A DNA stretch of 24,550 nt, from NCBI GenBank assembly GCA_013115125.1, contig JABANN010000012.1, positions 124,001 to 148,550 of the forward strand. Reading direction: 5' to 3'. The notes beneath the pieces were generated by a model that worked only from the letters and a program-made list of their open reading frames with translations, did not search any database and was not told the DNA's origin. The translations under genes and the position numbers were made by a program. Below are positions 9,865 through 21,733 of this stretch, piece by piece. The DNA is from Perkinsus olseni. Lineage: Eukaryota. Each line of letters opens with the position of its first letter. Positions within the stretch are counted from its first letter, which is position 1.

Positions 9865-10057
9865 AGTACTATGAATTAGCAACTACCAGTACACCGGCAG
9901 CGTGGAGGACCGCGACTACAAGGCCCATAAAGCGGAAGAACTTGTCCCGCCTCTCCCCAGAAATCACTTGTAATACTCACTGAACACAAGTCTTGCTTAC
10001 TGAAACAAGGAACAGTTTATTATTCTAGTACGTTGGGCGGCAGTAGTAGTCTCATAA

Positions 10058-12217
10058 TCATTTACGGAGCCTCTTGGGCTCATCCTCCTCTGCTACACCG
10101 TCGGCAGTCGCCCTTTCGGGATGAGCATGCTGCTGCAACATCTCCCGGAACTTGGCCAAATCCTCAGCCTCGTCCTCGTCTACCTCTTCCGCATCTGATT
10201 ACAACTGTACCACCAAAACACGCTAATAAGAGGGGTTTACTATTGTCACCCTCCTACACCTCCCTACAGTATCCCTACCGCTGCCATTGTTAATACTTCT
10301 ATTCCGGCAGAGCATAACCGTGCGTCGATTACACTCATTCGTGAAAATCGTCAAGTTTCTATCACGACTACTACAGAGCGAAAGAGACCTTCATCATAAT
10401 ACGTATCGTTCCACCAGTCTCGTCAGTTCACTAGCAACCCGTTCCAGCTCAGCAGCGTTATAGTTGTGAGCCCCTATTACTACCATCTTCCCTGTTCTCC
10501 GCGACAGTCGGTGCTTTTTGCTGCTGCGCCTTCCTCTTAGCATCCTGCTTGTCCAACACCTTCAGCTGCTGCTTAGCTAGCTCAACACGGTGTTTATGAA
10601 TAGCCGTCTTTCGAGCCTCCAGGTAGGGTACGTACGACCTGACCGAGCCGGGCAGATACGGACAGTCCAGCCCGGCAGCAGCTGCTCTCCGTACTCTTCA
10701 TATTCCTCCGCCGCTGCAATGATCTGTGCTTCACAATCACCCATACCGATGCCAGTCAGGGATGATACCTGGATACGTTAGTGGAGCTGAGGATGGGTCG
10801 TGATAGTCCTTACCGAGGCGTGAGCGAGATTCTCATAGAACTCACTAATGTTGATGGCCATACTGCGCATTAGTGAGCTCATGTATCTAGGAGAGGGAGG
10901 GAAGTGGCCAGTGGATGGTGGAAAGATGGTACTACTACTACTACAGGCTGTAGTCTACAGCGACGACTCACGCAGTCAATGCTTATATCGTCAGTCAAGG
11001 GACGTGCGCACCGGATAACGATAAATCCATGCCACAGCTTTATTCGTAACATCCTTCCTAGCGCGTTTCCCTAGAGGTCTCCTCAAACCGAGGAGCTGCT
11101 ACTACCGACCCTTTGTGAGGATCCCTCTGGCCGTGATACAATGACTACCACTACTATAATCACTACTGTAAACCGCCGCTGCTACAGCAGCCACAACAGC
11201 AAGAAGTACTACTAGTGTTACTACCCTCCACCATGGTCAGGGCCATTCTGCTCATCATTCCGTACAGCATCGATATAGGACTCCCAGTCGGACATCCACC
11301 TTGTACCTGCAAACGGGCAGCTCAGTGGCCACTACCCCCATTGAGCCTTAGTACAGCTGTCTGAGGGGTGCACATCGCACTTATTAAACACAGCCACTGT
11401 CGGCAGCTTGGTCTTATACCTATCGTCAAGCCATCGGGCAGGTGTCGTCATTGCCGTGGGGATCTTACATTATACTGGTAACATAGAGCATGTTGCTCAT
11501 GAATGTGGTAGGAGATGTGCAACGTACGGTATCCAAGACGAACCTAATAGGGTATGGTAAACAGACCCAGTGGCGTTGGTGTGGTAGTACAGTGTAACAG
11601 TAGGGTAGGTCATAGCAAGTGAGTCGAGGATGATAGTTCCACTAGCTGACCAGTTGAAAACCTCTATCTGGCCGGGAGTATCCACAATGACGTAGTCGAG
11701 CTCGGACGCTCTCTGGTCTATCAGACCCATGGCCTGGTCGAACCTGGACGACGGGGTTGCTGTAGTGGCGCAGCGTTGTGAAGAGGTCTTACCGTGTAGC
11801 GAATAAATTGAGACTAGTCATGATAGCACCGTTAGGACCAAGGCCGAAGTGCTTCATGACGTCCTTGTACTTAACAGTGTCCCGGATATCTGAGCAAAGA
11901 TACGTTAGGGGTATCTTAGGTTGAAGCTGGCGTACCGATGTTAGTAGGATACGGTACATAGCGAACGGCTGGGTCGAGGTTGACTGAGTACACCCTCTTC
12001 TTCTGTGCTGTTAAGTGAAGATACAAACGATGGACGAACGTACTCTTGCCAGCCCCAGCCATCCTGAAGAGACCACCATGACCTCCCCTTCACGCCGGCC
12101 CTGTTATTACCCAATAACTACTATGACTGTAGGCTTATGGCCGGTAGCGTCTTTGGCAAGACCCTCCATGGGTTGGGCTGACGACGACGATGAAGCTGCT
12201 GCTGTTGTGTCTGCCAT
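10058..12217 (-). CDS. GPN1: GPN-loop GTPase 1 (XPA-binding protein 1 / Npa3), RNA polymerase II assembly and import factor
   Basis: ATG 12217. Spliced [15 protein letters not shown] (P-loop), [42 protein letters not shown] (GPN loop), [41 protein letters not shown]. The acidic last exon [20 protein letters not shown]...PKRLRK* (stop 10058-10060) is joined via intron 10483-10195; without that splice the frame stops at 10458. Confidence 0.95.
10972..11148 (-). ncRNA. Candidate structured RNA within the 338-nt GPN1 intron (11224-10887)
   Basis: Sense-strand terminal stem GUAGUCAUUG/CAUUGACUGC, internal hairpins GAUCCU/AGGGUC and CUCCUC/GAGGAG enclosed by CCAGAGG/CCUCUAGG, and CUGA just before the 3' stem. 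Family not identified. Confidence 0.3.
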
Positions 12218-12658
12218 CAGGGTGTTTACTATACTGGAGAGGACAACCGTTGCACTATTCTCGGAACCGATGAAGGATGAGGAGATCTTCGTCTGATGTT
12301 AGCAGAGCCCTAGGCTGCCTCTTGGCATGCTTAATAGACCTCCCCTGAGCTCTAGCCTGGCGTGCCACGCTATTACCGAGTGTGCGCAACCAACCACTCA
12401 ACCGAATGGAGGTGGATTCAGTGAAGCCCAGGAGATTACCCCATGAGGTTCGGTAGAGAGAAGGAAGAGATCCCGAGAAAATCGATCACAAATCCGTGCG
12501 CTTTTTTCGCGACAATATTGCGCGGTCCTCTTGTGATAATGATAGACAGATGTGATAGATCTTCCATCTGTCGCTCATTCTCCATGAATTAGGTTGACCT
12601 ACCACGAGCCAGGGTGAATGAAGATACGCTATTCAGTTTGTTTTTGCTCTCTATTATT
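12218..12658. promoter_or_regulatory. Divergent strand-switch region between GPN1 and the KUP transporter (probable bidirectional transcription start region)
   Basis: All genes to the left are on the minus strand and those to the right (to 20778) are on the plus strand. About 440 bp separate the two start codons. No specific motif was recognised. Confidence 0.4.
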
Positions 12659-15600
12659 ATGAGTGCCCCACCCAAGGGCATAAATACATTAACCGTACCT
12701 GGTAGGCGGCGCAAGAGCATGAACACTCTTACTGTGCCGGCGGCTAGGGATGGGCAGACGGTTGCCAATGCTTACATACTACCCCCTAAGGATAAGGTAA
12801 TCAAGGGAAAATCGGTTAACAACGTGATGGTAGCATTTTTAGTCGGCCATTGACGCCCAAGCGGCCGACGGTTACTTCACGGTGAGAGGTCAGCTGACCA
12901 CCAAAGGGGTCTTCTGGGACCGGTAAATAGTCCATCCACTATGAGGGTGCATCAGTAGAGTATCTTAGGTTCAACGATAATACCCAGACTGTCAATGCTG
13001 GTCGAACACGGATGGAAAGTGGATATGGGTAGGAGCAGTGATAGGGTAGAGTATCTTTGCGTATCTTTCAACCTTGAAAGGTACCTAAATGCCCTAACTA
13101 GTATGTCTAAGGAACGAGCTGGTACTGTACTGCGGAGTCAGAGTGGATTAGATACCGAACTCAAAGGCAAGGCTCGGCCGCCGAAGCCGTCAATCCGTGA
13201 TAAAATTCACCGCCCTCAGAGCTTGAAGAAGGGGCTGCTGATAAGAAAGATGCGGACGAGGCCAGCCTTTCCCTTTCTCGGGATCGTAGTGACCAGTGGG
13301 AGGCCCGACCGAAGCGGGCTGACGTCATCAAGAGCTTCCTTCTGAGGTCTTTGGGTACACTTGGTATCATCTACGGCGATATCGGTAAGAGACTTGCTGC
13401 TATGGCTGGCTTGTGTGAGGGTTGAGTACAGGTACTTCACCGTTGTATACATTGTCGACAATTCTGGGTTGTAATACTGATGCCCCTTCGAAGTACCAGT
13501 GTGTGGTTGCTGATGGAGTTCGCCCGGCTGTGGCTGAGGATATCAAGAGCGTCCTCAGCGTTATTGTATGGGCTCTTATATTCATTGTAATGATAAGGTG
13601 GGGATGGTATCTTAGGTTGACCCTGGTTTTCCACAGGTATGTATTAAGTATGTTGGTGTAGCCTTCCGCTTCGACTACCACGGTGAAGGTGGTATCTTTT
13701 CACTTTTGCTGAAGATAGTCCATGAGAGTATTCATCCCGTCGGCAAGAAGACTCTCATTCTTTGCACGGTAACTATACCACAATTCCCCCTACTCCCATC
13801 CACCTCCCCCGCAGATACTGGCCACTACAGGCGCTGCTATGATGTGCGGTGATGGTCTTATCACCCCGGCTCTGAGTGTACTCAGTGCCGTCGAGGGTCT
13901 CGCTACTGACAAGCTGTTCTCGCCGAGCGGTGTCCAAGTCGTGAAGGACCTGGTCGTCCCTGTTACGCTGATCCTGCTGCTGCTTTTGTACTCTCTGCAG
14001 TTCTTGGGCCCGTCTAAGGTTGGTATCGCCAATGGACCTATTACTATGGTATGGTTCATCCTTATCGGCGGTGTGGGCATCTACAACCTCACCAGTAAGT
14101 TGCGTATCTTTCTTTCATTCTGGTCACTCATGGAAAAGCTTGTGTCTTTCAGTTCATGATCAGTGGATGGTGCTGGTGGATGCCATTAACCCTTACTATG
14201 TGTATTATTTCTGGGTTAAATCTAGTTTTGCCGGTTACGGTGCCTTCCAGAGATTTGGTGATGTTGTACTAGCAGTAACGGGTGCTGAGGCTCTGTTCGC
14301 TGATATGGGCCATTTCGGACGAGGGCCCATCATGCTCTCCTGGTTCGGACTGGTAATAAAACTGGCCATGTCTGGGGGAAGTTCATTCGACCATCGCCTA
14401 TGATACGACGATGAAAGCTCTCGAGCGCGAGAACCATATACGGATCGCTGTGGTTTGGTTCCGTTCGTTTGAATCGCTTTACGAGATTGTGAAGGGGGAA
14501 TCTAGGGGGCGAAGGGCCTAAGGGATGTGTCTTCTGTTAAAATAGGAAATTCCTTCTGATGAGCATCTGCCTTGATGGATGCTGCGTCACCCGGAACTGT
14601 TGCGAACCGTGCGGGCGATAACTGGGCTTGCAGAACTGCAAGCGCCGGGGTTCGAACGGGGGAACTTCGCTGTTGGTCTGTTTCACCCTCACGTGGCGTC
14701 TCATGATGGTTGACGTCTTTGAGACGGTCTGTTGTTGTTTAGGTTCTACCTGCCCTCATCTTCTGCTACACGGGACAGGCGGCCTATGTTTTATCGGTGG
14801 GAACACAAGCAGCGGCTAGCAACCCATTCTGGTCAGCCACGCCTAATGCCTTGTACATTGTAAGAGGGGGTATCGGAATGACGATTTGAGGGAGGAGTGG
14901 TATGGCAACGCTACGTGTATTTTAGGTTATGTTGATCTTCGCTACTATAACGACCATTATTGCCTCCCAAGCCATGATCACCGGTTGCTTCGGTCTTATT
15001 AATATGGCCGTATCTCTGGAGCTCTTCCCTCGTGTGAAGGTTGTGAATACTAATCCGAAGGAGAAGGCTCATATCTACATACCCGAAGTCAACTTCCTGC
15101 TGGGCCTTGGTAATACAACCACCACCCCTCTGTTGTCTACATTGTAAAAATATGAAAACATCTTCATCAAGATTAGAGATAGGCCAAAATATAGTGTCTA
15201 CCAGTTCATGCGTCACACCGCTTATCGGACTACCCTATCCCTCTTCTGTTGTAGGTACCATTATACTTGTCTTGGCCTTCCGGTCGAGTGGTGCCCTTAC
15301 TGGTGCCTATGGTGTTGCTGTCCTCTTTACTTTCAATATGAGCACGGTAATGATAACTCTCCCACTACTGCTACTGATGCTTTGTTTCAGCAACTGTACG
15401 TGCAAGTCCTGCATCGTGTCTACGGATGGAACTTCCTTGTCGCCTTCTGCTGTCTAATCCCGTTCATGATCGTCGATGGAACTTTACTTGTATCAAATCT
15501 GTGAGCAGGGCGGCCCTTCTCTCTGTTTTTGATGATTTCGCTGATGATAGGTACATGAAGATGGATGAGAATGGATGGGTGACTTTAGTGATAGCCGTAA

Positions 15601-16918
15601 TATTGCTAATATTCATGCTTACTTGGCGTTACGGAAGATGCTGCACTGGTACTAGTATCCCCTTAGTAGTGGATCTAGCCTCTCTCAGTTTTACTGTCGT
15701 TCAGGTAAGGCGTATACTGAGCTAGCAGCACAGGAGGGTTCCCTGTCAAGTCTGTCGGGTCTGGTCCTGCAGCAGCAAGCAGGAACGCTGGGATTGAGTC
15801 CTGGTAGGCCCCGCTGGTTTCACTGTAGTGTCCTGTCTTTGTCGTTATTATCGTGCCAAGGTACTGGTGTGTTCATGAGCCCCACTGTGGAGAAGCTGAA
15901 AGGAGAATCTCTGCCGGCTGCACTATCGCTGTATAATAGGATTACCAATGGAGTTCATCAACGGACGGTATTACGCCTAGGAGCATGCTTCGCTCCGCTC
16001 ACGTTTATTTTTAATTCAGGTGTTGTTGAGCGTCTGCTTCAACAGTCTCACTCCTTTCGTGGACCAGAGCCAACGAGTGGAGCTTGAGAGTAAGAGGGGG
16101 CCTCGTCGATGATGTTAATCGTTGGTAGCTTGGCCCTCGACCCTTCTCCATCAGGACTGTCGGAGCATATCTGGGCGGCTCGTGTGACCTTCGGGTATGC
16201 TGAACCTTTATCGGAGGTTAACATGGGCGTTGTGGTAAGTATACAGGGTTCATTCGCTACTCGTCTAGGACTACACACCCTTCCAATGGAAGGGCTCATA
16301 GACGCAATTTGTGGTATGATATTACGCGGCTTTTACAGTCATTGATAGCCTGTTCCGCGGGGTTAGGCCCTCTCTTTCGCATTACCCATGTTGCATTGGG
16401 ACGTCTTTGCTTGGAATATCCTGCGCACTTGCATAGTACCATCTTCAACCTCAGGTTCGTGATGATATTCTGCCAATTATAAAACAGAACGTTGAGAATG
16501 ATGAGACTGTTCGTCGTCGACCACAGGCGGCCTCACAACAATTGGATATGTTGTTCTCGGAAGAGAGAAACGAGGAGGCTGAGCAGATGTTGGCTAAGGA
16601 TGCTATAGAGGGAGAGCAAGGCTTTGATGAAGGAGATAACCTCTGGTTCTATATGCACAGAGAAAAAGTCGTAAGTGCCACCAGAGCATCACATACCACT
16701 CCAATCGGAACTTCTGCTCTCAGATGTCTAAGCCGGGTTCTAATATATTGCGTAGAACGGTGATATCGATGTACGCGGGTATTATCGGTATTACCAGGGA
16801 CCCTGCTCAATTTTTCGGCGTTCCCATGGATCTCGTGGTAAGTACTTCCTCCTCCCACGTTACTGCCTTGCTATTCATGGCTGTGTAGATCCAGCTTGGA
16901 GAGGTCCTTAAGATGTAA
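12659..16918 (+). CDS. KUP/HAK/KT family potassium transporter
   Basis: Spliced motifs [133 protein letters not shown]. Last exon IQLGEVLKM ends at TAA 16916-16918. The N-terminal exons (12659-13166) and the start codon are uncertain. Confidence 0.95.
14378..14668 (+). ncRNA. Candidate ~290-nt structured RNA within KUP intron 14353-14742 (RNase MRP/P-like topology, unconfirmed)
   Basis: Closing stem 14378-14389/14657-14668 (11 of 12 pairs including G-U), 7-bp helix 14393-14399/14613-14619, hairpin 14626-14643, and several further hairpins whose G-U pairs favour the plus strand. Confidence 0.35.
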
Positions 16919-16962
16919 AACCGAGATCAACATAAGATCATTCTGGGCATTCTTTTATAGTC

Positions 16963-16998
16963 GACGATGATGATGATGATGGTGATGATGATGATGAC
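16963..16998 (+). repeat. (GAT)n microsatellite downstream of KUP
   Basis: gacgatgatgatgatgatggtgatgatgatgatgac. Confidence 0.9.
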
Positions 16999-17223
16999 AA
17001 ACACAGTCTCTCTTCCTTCACTAATGTTAATAAGAGCAGTATCACTACTTAGCCATCATTCGTAAGCTTTCTGCTGCTGTTGCTGCTGCCGGCGACGTTC
17101 CTTTAATAATAGTAGCCGTAGGCGGTGACCATTTCCTGGCCCTAGGTAGTTGCAGAGTGTTGAGTTTCTTACTTGGTCATGATGATGGTTAAGTGATATG
17201 ATGGTTCTCAGCTTGTTCTCAAT

Positions 17224-18108
17224 ATGCAGATCAAGCGGACTAACAGAGTGAAGAGGGCTGCTAGGGCTAAGGGAAGGCGGAAAGGAAAGACCCCTAAGAA
17301 TACACTCTACCAGAACCCCAAGGCAATCAAGGATGATATCTTCAGGGAAAAGTAGCATTCTGGGTCGCTGTTGGTGGATGGGCTGAAGAGCTGTGTGAGA
17401 GTTGGGGCATCATTGGCTGGGCTCGGTTTCAGGTTCGATAAGCATAAGACATTCCTACAGAACATGGATAGTTGTAATCTGAAGGATATGTATTTTGACA
17501 AGCTGCCTGAGGTTATCCCTGATAAAGCTGAGTGGACGCTTCCGAAGGTTATATAGGGAGGAGGGCAGCATGGAAGTAGGATGGGTGGTAGCTCAGGTTA
17601 ATGAAGAGGAGTTGAGTGTGTGCAAGAAGCTGGCGGATAAATACGGCAAGGAGGTGCCGATGGCAGAGGATGCTGAGGAGCAAGAAGAGCTGCAGAATGA
17701 GTATGAGCAAGAGGGTCAAGGGTGGTGGGGTGGAGCACTGAAAATGGCTCAGGTTTTTCTCTCGGATGGCTCGGGATAAGCTCAATAAATATCAATGGAC
17801 GTGGGGGCAGCTACGGAAGAAGGTAGTTCGAGGGTGGAGCATGGGCGGCCTTCCCGATGGTTCTGGGCTGGGTGTGCTTCGCTCCGCTAGACGGGAATGA
17901 TGGATTGCTCTGTTATCAGTTCAATTTGGCGTTGGAAGGCAGAGTGCATGTGTGCCATCCAGAATGTCAGTGTGCTATGGCTAAGCAGAGTAGTAATGTG
18001 AAGAAGTACCAGGGCGTCCGGATTGTAATACTGCCACTACCACGGCAGTAGCAGCCCAAGTGAGGCCATGGCTCTCCTCAGATCCACCGCCGTTTGAAGG
18101 CTCACTAA
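17224..18108 (+). CDS. NOP16: Ribosome biogenesis protein Nop16
   Basis: ATG 17224 with a basic N-terminus MQIKRTNRVKRAARAKGRRKGK. Spliced FREKFDKHKTFLQNM, EEELSVCKKLADKYG and FSRMARDKLNKYQWTWGQLRKKF match the Nop16 patterns W/FD..KT..QN and KYG...MARD.K.N.YQ.T..QLR.K. Last exon IHRRLKAH ends at TAA 18106-18108 (terminal exon less certain). Confidence 0.8.
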
Positions 18109-18231
18109 TCGTCCCTTGTATACTGTCCAACGTCGTTTCTCCCTCCCTTTTCTGATGGGTTGTGTCTGAGTGTGTGGTCACGGTGGGAGCACTCAGGCTT
18201 GGCTCTTAGTATAGTTGCCGTGCTACCGTTC

Positions 18232-20778
18232 ATGGCGCCCCACGAGCCGCGGCGGCGGAGCCCTCGACTCACGACCCTAGAGAAGGGGGCCAAACGACAG
18301 CAGCATTCAAGTGGGGTGGAGAATAGGGTGGGTTGGGAGGATTTGGAAACGAAGGACTGGGACTGTGTATGGGAGGCATCCAAGCTTGCAGAGGATAGGT
18401 AATGAAGGCGGTTGAGCTCTTTGGGCGTCGAGCCACCATCGACCTTGGATTCCATCTTCGTTTCACTGAGAACTCACTTTCGTCTTCGCGACACTCAGTG
18501 CATCGTGGCTGCGGAGTATTGCTCTCTGCCTTCCTCAGTCCCATCACCACGTCCCCTTTGGATTTCCTGCCATCCAGTCGCGCATCTCACCATGATCATC
18601 ACCCCAACTTAGACGCCGCGCTGGAGGTGCTGGACTTCTTAGAGGTAACACAAGAAGTAACATGGCTGTACTTGAACTCATGGCCTTTCAGACTCCGGAG
18701 GACTTCAATCGTCTGGTAGAATCTTTCCGCGCGGGTGCAGGTGGCGCGGTGGAAGGGAGGCCACGGTCTTCGTCCACTCACGGAGAGGATGAACCAAGGC
18801 GAGTGAAGCCTCGGTTGAGCAGGGGCTCTGTACCGCCGGTGAAGCCTGGTGGCGCAGGAGGTCTCAGGGGGCACATAAAGGCGAAGCCCAAAGGAACGCC
18901 TCGGGCATCGGCATCTCCTCTATTAGCCAGACTGTTGAAAGGGTCAGGAGGCAGTCCTGGGAGATGAATCAACAGGCGTGGATTGATGAGGTCCTGGACG
19001 AGGATGGAGTGCCCTGTGGTGACACGAGCGGTTGCACGATAGTTGATGAATATGGTGGCGTTGTACTGAACAAGTTGATGCAGCTTCAAGTACTTCCTTC
19101 GACTTGTGTTATTGCCGAGCTTCATGTCCAATACGCTCCTCAGTTTACTATCCCCGCCCCTCGTGCCAGTCCGCCGGCCACGACCGTCCAGGAAGGGTAA
19201 CATGGCAGCAGTGGGGGTAGCAGGGGGACATGCTGAGAACAAGGAGGAAGAGGACTACTGGGGACTCGTCAATACCTGTTCAGTTTGGCCATACGAGTAA
19301 GAGCTTCGCTCCGCCCATCGGATGACGAACATTCTGCTTTTTTTCAGTCCATTGTTTCGGTCTCCTCTGGGAGTCCTCTCCCATGACCAAGTGGAGCGGC
19401 GTGACCTCGCGGGCATGTTGGGCGAGATCGACAAGATGAAGGTAGGAGCTGTGCGTACGCGTGAAACCTCGTACCACATCTTCCGAGACTCCTGAGGTCA
19501 ACGTCAATAAGACCCTCCTGTGTTCTGTAGGACTCCACGTATGAGGAGGAGGCCGTGGCTAAGTTCAAGGCGCGGAGGCAGCTGAACTTGAAAGCCCAGG
19601 ATGCGCAGCGGGAAGATGCGCCGTTGTTGACGCCCCGGACTTCGAGACCCTCTGACGACGTTAAGGAAGTTGTGTTAAGCGTTTCGCCAGACTCCGCTGA
19701 TGGGCTCGAGGATTTGACCTCGCCGATTATCGAGCGGAAGGGCGACAGTCATGGTGCAGATGTAGTGCTGGGTGCAGGGATCGAACCTGCGCCAAGGGAA
19801 GTACCCCTGGTGATGACGGAGCCCCTTTGTGAACCTCCCCCTCATCCAATGGTGAGCAGCGAGGCTCCAGCTGTTGTTGACGGGAGGTCGAATATGCTCG
19901 ACTCGCCTCCTAGGGGTGGTAGGCCGGAGAGCCCTATCAAGGGAGTCCGCAGTCCTGCCTCTGCTGGCCACGCCGGAGTAGCAGGAGGAACGAGAGAGGG
20001 TCAGGCTGAGGACGCGACGGTCTCCAGTGTGTCGATCACGACCTCTCGCGGGGAGCCGATAAAACGTAGAAGACGTCGGAGAGCAGAGATCGTCGCTAAG
20101 GCTAAACCAAAGGAGACAGAGGAGGAGAAGGAGGAGCGACTGAAGGCCATCCGGGTGGCGATTGATGAGACTAAGGGAGAGGTTCAGAGGCAGCACAACA
20201 AACTATCGAAATGGAGTGTTACTAAGGGGAAGGAGGAGAGTATCACTGCTGCTGCAACACAACCGAGTTTGCGACGTCGAAGCCCCGCCCGTTCGACGAG
20301 CAGTGAGACCTCCTCTGTCCCCGTTGTGAGTGACAAAATCAAGTCGTTAAGTGCTAGCATTAAGGAGCTCCTTGGTTCGAATAGAACCACCACCACAGTG
20401 GAGCCTGCGGAGAAGGAGGAGACGAGTAGTCGTAGAGGTGTGAAGAGGGAGGCAGAGGCTGCTAAGAAGAGGCCAGCTAAGAAGCCCAGGCAGACTAAAG
20501 CGAAGGAGGCTGCTGCAGTTCCAGTGGCAGCTCCCTCTCCTGACACGCACGGAGCGGAGGAGCCGCAGTCTGCCGCCGCCGAAGCCCCGGCTAAGGTGAG
20601 AGCTCTCTCCTCTACGGTAACGTCGCATAGTGTCTTTATTCAGATTCCTATTCCGGTTGGCAGCCCGTCCTCTTCCTCTGGTGTCTCCAGCAGTGTAGTG
20701 GCCTCATCACCAGTATCGTCAGGATCTGCCCTGGATGATCTCTACAGTGCTCTCAGTAGGGAGATGGGCGTCGAATAA
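18232..20778 (+). CDS. Hypothetical multi-exon protein with a long charged, low-complexity C-terminal exon
   Basis: A 407-codon open frame (19555-20778) is entered via an acceptor at about 19530 (DSTYEEEAVAKFK...). Upstream spliceable exons include AALEVLDFLE/TPEDFNRLVESF and DYWGLVNTCSVWPY/PLFRSPLG...EIDKMK. Basic NLS-like runs are KRRRRRR and KKRPAKKPR. The start at 18232 and the 5' exon structure are uncertain. Confidence 0.6.
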
Positions 20779-21332
20779 CACCAACGCTGTACTACCACTT
20801 GCAAGCGTGTATCATTGTCTTGTTTCAGCCAGTGCTGTTGCTGTTGCGCTTAACACAAGTTTATTAAAGCCGGCCAAGGCTAGACGTACTTGGCGAGGTG
20901 CCACAACGTCACTTCGAAGGAAAGGGTGTAGCTCGCCTTCCCTTCTGAGGTCGAGCCTAGTCCTGTGCTGCCTGTGGAGTATTAAGGCTCGACTGTCGCT
21001 GTACCCGCCCTTGCCCGCCCGGTTGAACCCTTGAACTCTGGTGAAGCGAGTGTTCGATCGCCCTGCGTGAGCGCCCGGGTGTTTCGGTCCAATAAATGCC
21101 GTGAGTCTGTCACTGAATTAGAGGTCCATCTAAAAGGAGGAGAACCTAGACCACAGACGAGGTGAGAGGTCTGCGTGACCCGCATCGCTCATGGTTATGA
21201 TATACTAACGAAGTTGATGCAGAATCGGTGACTTTCCTTCATTGTGTTGAGTCCAATCTTCAATTTCCTCAGCTATTCTCCATTCTCGCCTTGCCGGATC
21301 GCGACCTGTGTACCGCCGAGATGACCAGCAAG

Positions 21333-21733
21333 CATAGGCGCCAAAGTGCGATCTCACTGGGGGGTGCAACTTCCCCAAATTCAATTTGCCAAATTGGCAA
21401 ATTGGACAGCCTCGACGTGTCCCTGTTCATTGGGGACCCCAATGAACAGGGACATGTCCAGGGTAGCCAAGGTTCCGAGCCCTTGTCTGGAACTTGACAA
21501 GACAGAAGTTGTTCGTAAACGCCATAATAAATGACGCAGATGAATGAATACTCGCAAATTGGCCTTGGCTGTGTGTGTAAAGTGCGGAATTTCGTCAAAA
21601 CGGGCATTCCCACCCACACGCGGACGTTGGTGCGCCCGCACACAGCTCAGGCCAAAGAGGGAGCAGCGCTCCCCCGAGCTTGACAGTAGGGGGGGCATCT
21701 GCTCCCTCTGCCCCCCTATATTTGGCGCCTATG
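21333..21733. mobile_element. Non-autonomous hAT-type DNA transposon (MITE), 401 bp
   Basis: Perfect 13-bp TIRs CATAGGCGCCAAA (21333-21345) and TTTGGCGCCTATG (21721-21733). Perfect 8-bp TSD CCAGCAAG at 21325-21332 and 21734-21741. An 8-bp TSD with CA...TG ends is typical of hAT. No transposase is encoded. Confidence 0.9.

Noticed and set aside
10972-11148. U3, SRP, spliceosomal snRNA or telomerase identity for the GPN1 intronic structure
   Set aside because: I could not find the diagnostic boxes, the SRP helix-8 motif or a telomeric template by eye.
14556-14590. CTGATGAG followed by a hairpin, resembling a hammerhead ribozyme core
   Set aside because: There is no GAAA after the putative stem II and no compatible stems I and III.
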